Assembly: GCF_036588685.1 (NCBI RefSeq)
Contig: NC_086377.1
Location: forward strand, 25,482,001 to 25,546,000
Source: Mytilus trossulus
Taxonomy: Eukaryota
DNA length: 64,000 nt
Direction of reading: 5' to 3'
The notes under the pieces were generated by a model. That model saw only the letters and a program-made list of their open reading frames with translations, had not been told where the DNA came from and searched no databases. The translations under genes were made by a program, and so were the position numbers. Shown here piece by piece: positions 1 through 13,800 of this stretch (position 1 is the stretch's first letter; each line of letters starts with the position of its first letter).

Positions 1-3000
1 CCTCTGCTTCATTTTCTGATGGAATTATTATATATTCAATAGGTGGTTTTTGAACATGTGTTCCTGGTTTTGTCTGATTTACATTAATTGTGGTGCCTAT
101 TAAATTTGAAACTAGCTTTTTCACTTCTTCTGGTGGGACAGTTGGAGCAGAGTTTTTTGTATAGCTGGAAAGCTCCTTTTCTATTTCAAGTTTTTGGACA
201 GTAGACTGTGAATTAGTTGGAATTTGTTCACGAACAGTTACTGTATTACTGTGGTCTGGTTCAGCAGCTGTAGATGAAGCTAATAACTTTGCAATATCTT
301 GTGAACTTTTCTGAATGTTTTGACATACATTAATTAAGTTGATATCATCTTCCACATTCAAACCCTTAGCAATGTCCTTGATTCCGCATCCGTTTACTTT
401 ATCTGCAAGAGACTGTAATAAACAACTAGCTAAAGATGAAACTTGTTTCACCTCACCTGGTACTTGTTTGTCTGCAGAACTTGCTGATGAGGCTGCGGGA
501 ACAATAGGCAGATGATTAGGGGAAGAATCTTTGATACTGTCAATTATAGCCTTCTTCACAAAAGAGTTCAATGTTGCATTGACGTCTTTAGAGAATTCTG
601 CGATGACTTTCTGTGTAATAACTTCTGTCCATCTATTAATAAAATCAGTTTGTAGTCCAGCAGGTACACCATTATTCTGTGGACTACATTTCACAACGGA
701 AGACGTCGTTGGTAATATTTTGTCAGGATGGGGGTCTGGCAATAAAGTTTTGTCAATTATTGGCTTTAACTTTGTAAAATTGGCTTCCGTAAACTTGGTC
801 GCCGATTCATTAATTGTGCTTAAATTTTGTCTGTCATTAGAATTTTTCTTCAAAGGAAGATCTGGTCCTATTTTCAACAAAGCAGGAAGCTTCCTTTTCG
901 TTGTAGATTCTGGAGTAGAGTTTGACCTATTTCTGTGACCTTGAATAGATGGTACTGAATTAACCTGGTTTGAGTTAGCTGTAGGGGTTGAGAAAACTTT
1001 ATCAATGGTTGAATCAGTTCTTGAAGGGGTTTTTAACATTGAAGACAGCAGGGGACTCTTACCACTGTATGGAGAAGCAAGCATTTTTTGTAAAGTAGAA
1101 CTGCTCCCTGATTTCGCAGACGTTGGTGCTGTAATGTGTGTTATATGAACGTCATTTTCAATTTGATCAGTAACTACCGGTTTCTGAGGTAAAGGAGGAA
1201 CAGTACCATTGAGTAACCCATATAACGTAGGTTGAGACCTTTTACGATTTATTTCACGTGTTTCATCTGTTACCATGGTTACATTTGTTCCATTGTGTTG
1301 AGGGCTAGCATTGAGAATTTTTAATAATGAACTTGACATTCTTGTCTTCTTCCTGCTGCTAATACTTTCGTCATGGTCCTCTGAATTACCTCCCCTGCTA
1401 TTATTATCTGGTTCAGATTTAATGTGTTCGGCAATAAAAAGAACATTGTCACCATTGCTATCTATAATCAAATTCCTTTCAGAAATGGAATGCTGCTCTA
1501 CCTGATTAAAATCTGGAGCTCTCCTGTCATGAAGTTCTGTTCCTAAATGAATGACTGCAATGAGAAAAGAAAGATTTATCGAGCTATAACAGTGGAATAC
1601 AACTTAGAGCTAAATATATCCACTACATCTGGTTATTTTCACACCTGGTTTTGATGTCTGGTGTGCATGAGTGAGGGGCAAGGACACTAGTAAATTCTTT
1701 TAACTGTGCTTTATCGCTTTACACAATATATTTGAATGAACAGTGAAATGTTTGTGTAAGCTAAATTTTGTGATAAAATGTATATGTTTACTTGTACATG
1801 TTGAACATTGTTGTTAAAAAAAATAAATGTATTTTATCAGTGATTAAGCTTCAAGTACTTATAAAATATATTTGAAAGATTTTCATTTTCATTTTAAGAA
1901 TAATTTGAATTATCTCCCTTTAATATTCTTGAAACATTTTTTTACACCTTTAGTTTCAAAATTTTAGAACATGTAAGTAAGGTTAACATGGTTAAAGAGT
2001 TAAAACATGCTGATACTTTTGTTTTCCTGGTTTTAGTGAAAGTTCAACGAAACAAAGAAATCTACTGCAAAACAATGTTAATTCTTATGCAACAACGTTT
2101 GTAACGTTCATTTTGATTGGATAACGCCACTTTTTTTACATGGCATCAATTGACAATTGAGGGCATAAATTGGGGATTTGATGGTTGCAAATACCTGTTT
2201 ACTGTCTCAGCTAACGGGTCGCCAGTAAACTTAATTTGTGACCATCAAATCCCCAATTAATGCCATTGGAGCTTAAACTACAATACAGTTATCTCCTAAA
2301 TAACCTTGGTAACTTTGCATCTGTAGCCTTTAAACATGTTATAATTCAATTCTTAAATATAGGGTTTGAAAATAAAACTACTTTAAATATAAAACTCTAA
2401 TCAAATCAACTCTTGTGTGTAATGGACATAAATTAGGTTATTAGTTTTCTCATTTGAATTGTTTTACATTGTCGTTTCTGGGCCTTTTATCAGGGTTTCC
2501 CCTGGGTCAATTATTTTTTTCGCCACCTCTTTCGCCAAAACAATATTTTTTCGCCACTTTATTATTTTTTTCGCCAAGTAACAAATATATTTTTTGATAA
2601 AAATTTACCTTTTTTCTAACCCCCCCCCCCCCTTCCCTTAAATAATATGATTTTGCCCCATTGGCTCTATAATTATTCCCTCAAACTTATTTTATTAGAG
2701 TCTACATTTTAATGAATAAACACTAAACATTTATCTAAAACAACAGAAATTCTTTTAACTTAATTAAAAGGGAAAAATCTTCATTGTATTTTAAACAACT
2801 TTTCTAAATGAGGGGGCCACTATACTTTTAATAATAAAGAAGATATAAGTCCTGGATATAACAAAATTAATGGAAATGTTTTGATCATATAATACCAGTA
2901 TAGTTCGTAGGGAAAGTTTCTTTCAAAGAAAATTACTGATGTGCCCTTTTGTACTAAGAAGTGGTTTTTACAACAAAACAATTTAAGCTTTTATCTCATG

Positions 3001-4045
3001 AAATTGATCCCTCATTTCATGTGTATTCATACCATTTAAGGGTTACTTGCATTCGAGGGGTTGTCTCCAACCTTTTGGATAGATTTCTTCATTATGACAG
3101 TTTTCTTTTCTTGACCATCGTAAATGAAAAAGATGAGAAGTAAAACTATGCTTGAAACACGTGTGTCACTCAAACGACTTTAAAGTAGTCTCCCTAATCA
3201 AATACCATATTTAAAGTTTTAAATCGGAGATTTGTCTGGCTTTTGAACATTGTTTGTCACAACAAGAGCTTTCTTTTCTTAACTATCTTTAAAAGGAGAG
3301 GAGACGTCAAAAGTTTGCTTCCAACACGTGCGTCGCAAACTGGTAAATAAATTATGTATGTGACATTTAGCGGAAGCCATTTAACCATATCATTTTGTCA
3401 AACAATTCAATCAACACCTTTATTAATTAGTCCTTTGTTGTCGATAGCTATAAAATGCAATCAGCTGATTAGTGATTTTCCAAATCTTAATGAGGCCAAG
3501 GTGAATTCCAAGTATTGTCTAATCTGGTAAAGTCCGAGAAACTCGTAAAAAAGTAAATAAATAAGATGGAGGAAAATAAATCGTTATATATATTTCTTTC
3601 GCCAAATTTCTTTCGCAAATGACGAATTTTTATCGCCACAATTATTATTTTTTTGCAAATTGCGATAATGGCGACCGCCAGCGGAAACCCTGTTTTATAC
3701 ATGAAGCTGACTATGCAGCATGGGCTTTGCTTTTGCTCATTGTTGACTGCAGTTACAGGTACGGTGACCTTCAATTGTTATTTTCTGTGTTATTTTTGTC
3801 TTTTGTGGAGAGTTGTCTCATTGGCAATCATACTATGCAGTATGGGCTTTGCTCATTGTTGAAAGCTGTATGAAACCTATGGTTGTTAATGTCTGTGTCA
3901 TTTTGGTCTTTTTTGGAAAGTTGTCTCATTGGCAATCATACCACATCTTCTTTTTAATATACCTTCTTTTTTTATACAATTAAAAGTGTTCACCTTCATA
4001 GGTTTCATCCATAGGCTCTTCTTTGACCTGAATAATATAATCCAT
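1..4045 (-). CDS. 5' part of a large uncharacterised low-complexity protein, probably nuclear; runs off the window edge
   Basis: Coding exon 4045-3994 (MDYIIQVKEEPMDETYE, phase-1 donor GTGAAC) joins in frame to an exon starting at 1554 (acceptor ttgcag) that stays open for more than 510 codons down to position 1 (VIHLGTELHDRRAPDFNQ...IKSEPD...SSRKKTR...ENEAE). It is missing from the ORF track, probably because there is no stop inside the window. S/T/P/K-rich, with VKEE and IKSE SUMO-consensus motifs and basic clusters. Confidence 0.85.
2491..3692. mobile_element. Non-autonomous DNA transposon (hAT-like termini) nested in an abundant interspersed repeat
   Basis: TIR CAGGGTTTCC...GGAAACCCTG, flanked by duplicated TTTTAT. 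It splits the host repeat (ttagttttctc..gggcctttt | agctgactatg..) that is intact at 49837-50087. Confidence 0.75.
3704..3960 (+). repeat. Abundant interspersed repeat (…gttgtctcattggcaatcataccacatcttc…), partly tandem here
   Basis: Homologous copies at about 24972-25110 (+), 35120-35225 (-) and 49837-50087 (+), with fragments near 30870, 33960, 34735, 47005 and 54760. Confidence 0.85.
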
Positions 4046-5759
4046 TATTCTTCCTTCATTCTTTCTATCTGTAAAATAAATCATGTAAATATATTATCAG
4101 GGGTGCTACAAAGGATTTTGGTACATCATGATAATTGCTCTATACATGTTTCTCTAATTTTCATGCTAATTTCTTGACCGGTGTGAGAAAAATATTTCTA
4201 ATCTCTAGTAAAAAATTTGTTCTCAACAGATGATTTGTCCAAATTTATTGTGACGTTAAAATTTCTTTGTTTCTTCTGAATTTCCTACTGTGACGTCATG
4301 AAAAAAGGCGATCATGCCTGATGACGTCACATAAAAAGTACACAATTTTCTTCAAATCTTTGAAGAAAAAGGATAAAAGTCATTAGAGAAACAGATTCAA
4401 TCACTGTGACTATAACTTGTGAATTATGATATTTCTCCCATCTCGACAGTTAAATTTTAACTATTTCATGTCCATTTGTATCTAAAAAGCTCGGCAAAGC
4501 CTCACGCTTTAAAAATTAAATTTAACTGTCTGGAGTCGAGAAATACCATAACACACTTGTTGCACTGCAGTTGTGGAATCTATATATATACAAAATATAT
4601 CAACTTATACATGTTTTGAAATAAATTGAATTTGTAATATAATTTGCATTTGTGTTGTTTTTGTACGTTTTGTACATGTTCATGATGTTTCAAAGACATA
4701 ATTTGCTTAAACAAATGTTAAAAAGTGTGATGAAGGAAAAAAAGATTGATTATGAAGATTTGTAGTTTGATGTACCACACTGATATAGTAACTAATGTTT
4801 TTTTAGTAAATTTGCCACTGTTGCAAGACTGACGGTTGACAAGTGCTTTGATTCGTTCAGTGGGTTATACCACAACTGTGTACAGTACATGTCCCAAAAA
4901 TTATGAAATCTTAAAACCATATCTTATAACAATATTCTGCTATTTTGCCTAAATTTCGATATTAGGGCCAAACTTTTTTTCCCTTGACCATTGTCGACTC
5001 ACTTTGACTTGAGATTTTTAAAATCTGTAAAATTTGATAAGTCTCATTAGGAATGTCTAATCCTGTATCTAGCTTATTGATTTAACAGAATACATCAATT
5101 CTGGAAAATTGTCTTTCACCAGAAAAGATCATCAATTTCACATGCTTTAATGACATTGTTTACCAGATAGAAGGCTCTTCTATCCCTGTTTTATAAAAAG
5201 TTTCTAGCACTTTCATACCCATTCTGTAAGGTAGTATAGAAATAATTTATGTTCCCTATAAGTATGTAATCATGATTGCCATACAACTGAGAGTGTGATC
5301 ATCTTGTTAGACTTTAATTTCCCAATTATTTGTGCAGTATAAAAACACAAATTAATTGTTTCCTCAACATGTGTTTGAAATGACGTTTTTTTGTAACATC
5401 ATGAACATGGTGACGGAGCCACACAACAGATTTGTCTAAAAACTGCATCCCAGAACTGGCCTAGCATATTTAATACAATGTACTTATTGTTGTGTTTATT
5501 ACACTCAGAAGTTATAATTTCTCTGTGCTGTCTGATGTTGTTTCCTGTTTTCATGGTTAAAATTCATGCAAAATAAAAACGTGATATTATTTGTCCGCCA
5601 TTGCTGGATACATGTATCACACATGGTCCAAAAAAAATTTGACGAAACAAAACAAAATATCTGACGCCACAATGGAAAAACGATTGTTGTTGAGGTCAAA
5701 AGTTCAAGTAGGGAATAGGGATAAGGTTAGTCCAAATAATTATGACCTCATATAGTCAT

Positions 5760-5955
5760 TACAGTTGGTCCTAAATTAGATCACCTTTTACAATACACCT
5801 CATCCTAGTAGTCCAAATAATTATGATGTCTGGCAAGGCTATCTTATTTTTTTTCTGGGATGAAGGATGGCATTGCCAGAGTCATAATTAGTTGGACTAG
5901 GATACAGTGTATAATTTGTATTAGCCTTTTTAGGTGACCTAATTTAGGGCCAAAT
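5760..5955. repeat. Imperfect palindromic (foldback) element
   Basis: ggtcctaaattagatcacc..gtccaaataattatgatgtctggcaa is mirrored by ttgccagagtcataattagttggac..ggtgacctaatttagggcc. Confidence 0.6.
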
Positions 5956-6403
5956 GTAGGTTTGCTGAATCTGGTTAGGCCTTAGATAATATATACTCAT
6001 TTTTATAAAGTACAAGCCTCTGATAAAGAAAAAATTTGTGGCAAAAATAAACAAAAGTCTTTACAGGTGAGGTTGAAGGCCACATTATAAATTTATTTCT
6101 GGATAGTTGTTACTTGTCAATTTTATAGAAAAAAATGATCACGACTTCATCAGTAGCTCGACTAGAAAGGTTTTAATAACTTTTAGTTTTTAAAGTTAAA
6201 AAGTTTGAAATGATTAGAAAATGACATAGTTTACGTCGGCTTTGTTTATTACGGTAATACAGGTCAAACTCAGGTCAAGGCCAGATCCATCAAGAACTAA
6301 ATTGGGTCTTGATTAGTCGCTTCTAAAGTATTAAAATATGCATCATTCCAAATAAATCTACTTTGATGGTACTTTCTACAATATCTTGTGTGTGCATCCT
6401 TAC

Positions 6404-6480
6404 CTGTGTAAGTGAAATTCTCGCTTCACGCCCTTTCTGGATGCTACAACCTACAAAAAACAACAAAATGGCAGGTGCGA
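6404..6480 (-). promoter_or_regulatory. Probable non-coding first exon / promoter region of the minus-strand gene
   Basis: Strong donor CAG|GTAAGG at 6404/6403 on the minus strand, and an AAAATGGC (YY1-like) motif near 6465. The 5' end is not defined. Confidence 0.4.
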
Positions 6481-9327
6481 CCTATTTACCGAATGACAGG
6501 AGAGTTTTCGATTATGTCCCTTAGTACCTGATTTTGCTTAGGGGCTCTGTTTGGGTTAATTTCTCCTCTGGACTGAAAAAAAAAGAAAATTTGTAAATAT
6601 TTTCTAGGACTATTAAATTATACTATACTAACGTTATATTTTTAGTATAATAGTCCAAGATATTTTCTAATAAATAAATAAACATAAAATAAATAATTAC
6701 ATATATTTGAAAACTAACATACTGGACATATTATTTTTTTTTTTTAAACATAAATATTTTTTTTAAATAAAAATGTGTTCTTTTGGACAATATTTGTTTT
6801 CCAATTCTTCAGGACATAAAATTTCAGTTTACATGGGAGGGTGGCTGGTAATTTAATTTAGAAATCAAACATAATATGAGAATTTCAGGCTTGCCCCCGC
6901 CCCCACATACTATTTCACTATTTTTATTTAGTAAGACATGTCAAAATTTTAACATGCAAAACACTAATGGTATTTCACAGAAATATTGAAACATGAAAAA
7001 TTCACAGTAGATTGACTCCCAAAAAATATATTTGAGGGAAAATTGCCTTGAAATACGACTCTTCCATTAAAATTAGTAGGAAGAGGCTAAGCAAGCCATA
7101 CTCCATGGTTTGGGAAGCTTTTTCTAAATTTGTTTTCTTATTTCCTATATTGGGCTATAAAAGAAAACTTATTTTTAGGTATAAATTTCTGTATTAAAGA
7201 AAAAAAAATACAGTAAAATGTAAATGACTTGGCATTGACAACACATCATGTACTCATGATAAGGAATTCCGATGATAATATATCCCTCTCTCGAACGCTG
7301 CCGTAGTAAACTTTTTTTTGAAGTTTTACATCAGTAGGCCTTATTGAAACCTGCATGGTGTCGGTAAACTTTTATATGGATAGTTTATTCAGCTTTGACA
7401 GCTCAATTACTCATTTATTGTCACATGTGTGATAGTATCCCCGATTCTTTTTATTTATTAGCCCAAAATACAAATTTTGAGGTATGAGATGTATATAAAT
7501 GAACCCAAAAGGATCTTATAATGAAAACAAACAGCTACATTAGTGGTGTTTATCTTCTTAAAATCATCTTTTGTATCATAATCCACTGTTTGTATGCATA
7601 TTTGAAAATATTTGATCATTAATTTTTGTTGGTGAATACTACATTCATTCATGATGCGACGTGATCTGGATTTTTTTGGAAGAATGGTTGCAAAAACGGA
7701 AGTATAATTTCCTATAAATATTATAAACACCAAATGTTATCTAAAACTATTAAGCTGATAATAACAAAACTTGACAGTAATGCTTGAAATAACCAGTCAA
7801 ATATAAAATCAAGGCGGAAGAATTGTTAATAAATGGCCTTGCATCAATTTAAACAAGACAGACATTGGAATCTATTCAAAAGATCGAACTCTCTGCTAAG
7901 GAAGCATTGATAATGGTGAAAAATGCTTGTTTACAATAAAAATTTGACGTCTTCTATGTCAAAGTCTAATGTTCTTGCAAAGTTCGATGAAAATGAAATT
8001 TAAGGAGGATCAAGACACTTATGAAGTTCTTAATAAACAAAGTACAGGAGATGAGAAAATTTAACAGACAATAGTTACCAGTACTGCATATACCATATCA
8101 TAACAAATATGTAAAGTGACTAATGAAGTATAATATCTGGCATGTAATAAATGTAAAATACTAATAAATGAAATTTGCAGTAAAATAATACTGCGTCACA
8201 TGCATATGGGACTATTATACTACATGTAGCTTAGAATAATATCAGAGTATAATATATAGTATTAGGATAAATAAAAGTAAATATAGGTAATTTCTTTTTA
8301 GAGACAAGTGCCTATGTACTAAACATGATGACTGGACCATGTATATAGATACACAATACTATCTTTTAGATGTATAACAATAATACGAATTACTTTAATT
8401 TATTAATTTGTATTTGAATACATTATCATATATTGATATGATTTATCTATTGGGGACCGTATCAAACTAATAATTGATATGTACCCGGTTATCACAGACG
8501 TGGAACGTTTCAAAACAAACGTCAAGGTAAATGATTATCAAGTGGACTTTTGGACACTGGCGGAGGCGACACGTATCTTTCACATATGAATTCATCACAA
8601 ACTGATTTTTAGATAAAAAGGTATGCTTAATAGAATATTTAATATTTTCATAAATTACTAAATTAATGTGTACATTAATTTTAAACAATTACCCGATGTA
8701 GCAGTTACGATAACTGACGTTTTCAGGTGCGGATCCAGGATTTTGAAAAGGGGGACCTTGCAAACCAACGTATTGGTATAAGAAGTGACATGAATGGGTA
8801 TCCCCTGACACCCCTAAAGCCGTTTTCGATTTATTTTTTTTCGACAAAAGAGAAAGATGCAAGAACACTTTTCTTTGTATTTTTGTCACTCGTGTAATTA
8901 TCTGAAAAATTAAGTTTTCCAGCTTAATGTGTCTAAACGACATATTAAAAAAATGGAGTTTATTATTTACTATATCATAAATATCGCTAGAAATGAAATG
9001 TTACTCATCCCTGTGTTGCACAAAACACTGTACAAATAATGTCCGGGGTGGCAGAATCCTTTATTTCTTTATCGTCTTATACTTGTTTGCTCTATTCTTC
9101 GTATTTAAGCACCCATTGCTGTACATTCTCTATTATTTTGGCATATGTTCTCTATTCCTTATATTTTCGCCCTTTGTTCTGCACTTGTGCCAATTATTCT
9201 CTATTTTGTAAACACCACATCACGAATAATATACATGCAGATTCCAAACTAAACTATGCTGATTGGTTGATTCTTAGTTTTGATTGACGTCCAGTTGCAA
9301 GTATTTCTCGTTTAGGTAGGTCATTTA

Positions 9328-9558
9328 GGGACGACATCAAAAGTTCAATGTAGGATAAAACAACTTAATTCATATAGTTTTTTCACTGACCCCCCTCCCT
9401 CTTAACTTAATTTGGGAAAAATAGATTGACCAATGGGGATATATGTAAAAATCGATTTTACATATACAAAACATTCAGAATCTTACCCCCACCCCCCACC
9501 CCAAACTATTTGATTTACGTTTTTTTCATCCTATGTATCGATCTTTTGATGTCGTCCC
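9328..9558. mobile_element. PIF/Harbinger-type MITE
   Basis: TIR GGGACGACATCAAAAG...CTTTTGATGTCGTCCC with a TTA target-site duplication on both sides. Confidence 0.8.
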
Positions 9559-10051
9559 TTAGTAGAGGCCGTCTGCAATGACAACTCGGTGAAAATTTAG
9601 ACTACCACTGGAAAATAAGAGTAAATTGGTTATGGACAGACAGTTTGCCTGGCAACAGGCCATCTGTGAACCCCTTAAAAGAGTCGCGAAGTTTCCTCAC
9701 GTTAAGAGAGTTTAGACACTCTATCTACACGAGGCATCGGATTTAAGGTCCTCATTCTAACCGGACGTGGTTGCGTACATTTACATCCCGCAAAGCCAAA
9801 CTTTTAAATGGGGTTATTGCCGGACGGAAGATGACTTGCAGTGATCGTAGTTCTTTTCCTCATTCACTTTTCGGTTGAAAAAAAGTTAACTTCTTGTTCA
9901 ACTGCGTTTCCAACAAATCCTAGACATTTTATATTTTTCATAGACTATAGAACCGATTGGAAGTTTAATAACGTATACTTATAAATATATATGACAATGT
10001 ATAGAACTTTTACCGAGTACTAGTCCATTAATGGAAACCGCCGCATTTTAA

Positions 10052-10652
10052 GGTAGATACATGGTATACCGGCATATGCCGCCATCTTGGATTGTATAAT
10101 CACAGTAAAACATCGGTCTAGTTATTTGACTAAATCTGCAAATTTGGAGACAGATTTGCAATTTAAAGGTTAGACTGTTTGATAATATAAAGAAAAGTTG
10201 GTAATTTATTTTTTTATTCAAAATATTTAAACAAATATATTTGTTTTTGCTTTTAGAATCATTTCTTTCAAATGAGTCATGTAAGGGAAGATAACTCTTT
10301 TAGTAAAAAATTTATACTAGACTAATAGGAAATTTTTTTCATTTTACTTGTAGCAAGAAAACAAGTTCGGTGACACCATTTTTTCTTTTTATTTTCTTAA
10401 ACTGTAGTACAAAACCTATCTTTTCACAATTTATTTAAAAATTCTATCTCATAGATTTTTTGTTATACACACAAATGTGTTTTTCCATTAACAATCTAAC
10501 CAAATTTAGGCAATTTTCAACGACACATAGCTTGAAAAATAGCACGGTGACCCATACTTTTTATTACATTTCTGAAAAAATCATACTAAAATCTTCATTT
10601 TGGCTAAGTACAAGAAAATTCTGTCTCAAAAAAGATTTACTTATGATCTACC
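10052..10652. mobile_element. TTAA-targeting MITE (Kolobok-like)
   Basis: ttaa|GGTAGAT...ATCTACC|ttaa. Purine-starting termini with a TTAA TSD are typical of Kolobok. Confidence 0.7.
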
Positions 10653-10892
10653 TTAATTGATATGAAATCACACAGGATTTGTTTTTTCATTTACGGCTTG
10701 TTTGAAGCCGACTATCGTTTAAGATTTAATTTTCAAGTAAGAGAGATATCGGCGTAAATATTTTACTAATTATTGCTAAATGAGTATTACATATTATCGT
10801 ATTGACAAAAACATGAATGCATGTAAACTTTTTCCTATCTTCATTTTCATAAATATATCAAAACTGTCTTCTTTTAATCTCTTTAGACAAAC

Positions 10893-13800
10893 ATGTGGTA
10901 TTGTTTACTTCTTGCCCTGCTGGGAACAACATTTGCTCAAAACTCCGGACCAAAGCATGGACAGGATATCTCTGTGTGTTCAGTTTCACCGACTGCGGCT
11001 CCGGGAAGTAAGTTATTAGTTAGTGAAAGAAAACTCATAAAAGGATTGCTGGTCGAACGGTAGTATTTGCTGAGCCATAGAGAGGATGACAGCCTTTTAG
11101 AATTTTTAACATCTTTTTACACTGCCCAATAACCTATACATACACAATTATTTAAATGACTTTCATTACAATTCAGAAATAAATTTGAATATGTAAAACT
11201 ATGATGACCGTTAACCTAAAACTAAAACACTCGTGTAGTGTGGTAACAAAGTATTCAAAAATAGTATTTATGCTAACAAAAATAGAAATCGCCCACTGAA
11301 GGGTTACTATCGCCGTCTACTCATAAACCGGAAAATTAACCAGTTTAGAACATGTAATTAGTTTAATTTGAATTGGTCTGCAAGACAGCAGTTATATCAA
11401 TTTCCAATTGTTAATGTTTTTTTTGGAAAGAACATCTATCTGCTATTATATTTGACCCCATCATTGATTCTGAGGTATCATATTATTTTTCACACAAGTT
11501 TAAATTAACTTTTAGGCTGACAGACTCAATAAATCTTTTATCAAAAGAAAAAAAAACTACTGAAATTTCAGAATTTGTTAAATCTGCATAAATAGACTGA
11601 AAGGAAATATATATTTCTTGATATACAAATACTGGCCGAAAGTAAGACGGTAACAAAAAAAATACAGGCAAACATTTATTCTGGTATTTACTTTCATGTA
11701 CTATTATTGATTTATTTTACAGAGAGTTAAATTTCTCGATTAATAAGGCAAAATGTATTCTCGTTTTTTACAGTTTCGTGTTATTTGTCCAATTCAAAAT
11801 TGTCTTCCATAAAGATCAAATTTACAAAACAATTGTGTAAGGATTTGTTACTCAGCTTATCATTTCGATCCTGGTCTTTCTTTAATTCCAATTTAGGAGA
11901 GTGGATATTTTTATATTTTGGTCTTATTCTCGAGATCATTTTGAATAATTAAACAGAAATATGTCTCACTCAGGACATTTTACTTTTACTCTTTCAGTTG
12001 TATCTAAAACCATGCCTACCGTGTCAAGTCAATTTTCTGCTCACATTGAATGTGTCATAGTGAATAAAAACATGACCACTGATTTACATGAATATTACGA
12101 TGACACCAATAATAGAGGAGCCGTCCATCAACTCGATCTTGGACTGGAACTGGATGCTTGGTATGATTACAACACGAACGAGTTCATTGCATACTATAAA
12201 CCTACACGTAAGTCACTGCTTCCTTTGTTTTATATAAAAAAATCTGAGTATACTGCAATTTTTCTTAAAAGAACTAAGATGTAACCTTATCTATAAGTGT
12301 TTTATTTCGTAATCTATTTTTGTCCCCTACGAAACAACACACATATTTTTTGCAATTTTACTGAATTTTTCCTATAGACATTCCATTTTGTTCACTTCAA
12401 ATTCTAGAAAAATCTCATTTCTTTCTGAATTGGAAAACTATTTTTATCGATAAAAATTAGACAGCACTTCACATATATATATATATATATATATGAAGGT
12501 TACGTAGTGGACATTTTGATGCGTTTCGTAGTGGACAAAACCGTTTCGTAGTGGACAAAAAGTATCATAGTTGACATCAACCCTATTATATATTAATAAA
12601 AACATAATAAAAATTACATGAAACTAACCCTTGTTATTTGTTTAGCACGTATATAATTGAAAAAAGATTAAAAAAAGACTGCATGTTAGTGATAGCTAGT
12701 GTCCACTACGAAACGTTTTTCTCCCATACTTATTTCGTAGGGGACCGTTTCGTAAGGGACGTATTCGATGTTTTATTTTTATCCACAATCCCTTTATTGC
12801 AATAGTAACAAGACTGATTGTATTCATCAAAGCATTTATCAAGCTGTACACTGATATTTTTTCATAATTTTAAAACCAGATACCAAAGGAGATTTGACCC
12901 GTTTCGTAGTGGACATTAACAAAAATACGGTATCACTCTGGTCCATTTGATGTGCAAAATTTTTCTTACCAACAATTTAATTGCCGTTATAAAAGCATCA
13001 CTTCTTTTGTAAGACCCTAATGTTTATATCTCTTGCAAACAAAATTAACATTGATTTTAGAAAAACTGTTTATTGGCAAATTTTAATGACTTCGTTTCGT
13101 TGTGGACATTTTGTGAGGGACACACCTTCTGAAATTAAAAAAAACTATATTGAAAGCTGTTAATTCAAATATGTTGGCTCTGAACATACTTTTGAATTAT
13201 TAAAGAACTTATGTAAAGTAAAAAACCCTATTTATTTCTTCATTTTTTAACGATATTTTAGAGTGTGAATGTTGAACAGGCGGTCTAGGGACATGCCATT
13301 TTGGTTGTTTTGGACCATCCAGGAGTCAATATCTTATCAATCTCTCTAAAAATAAACTGTTTCTTTCCTTAAAAATGTTAAATCTAATTCAATGTACTGA
13401 CTGCACAAAAAATTACTTGCAAAGATCAAACACATTTTTAGCTCACCTGGCCAAAAGGCCAAGTGAGCTTTTCTCATCACTTGTCGTCCGTCGTCGTCGT
13501 TGTCCTGCGTCCGTCGTCGTTAACTTTTACAAAAATTTTCTCCTCTGAAACTACTGAACCAATTCAAACCAAACTTCATCTGATTGATTCCTAGGGTATC
13601 TAGAATAAGGTTTGTGTTTTAATTTTCATTTCATCAAAAAACATGGCCGCCATTGCTAAAAATAGAACATAGGAAATTTTGCTGTTTTTGGTTATTATCT
13701 TGAATACTATTATAGATGGATATAAACTGTAAACAGCAATAATGTTCAGCAAAGTAAGATTTAAAAATAAGTCAACATGACCAAAATGGTCAGTTGACCC

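Noticed and set aside
531-1505. Plus-strand ORFs 531-938 and 1311-1505
   Set aside because: They are antisense shadows of the long minus-strand coding exon.
8480-8526. Candidate non-coding first exon of the ependymin-like gene (AAG|GTAAAT) with nearby GTCACATG E-boxes suggesting lysosomal CLEAR-type regulation
   Set aside because: Plausible, but short motifs like these occur by chance and there is no transcript evidence.
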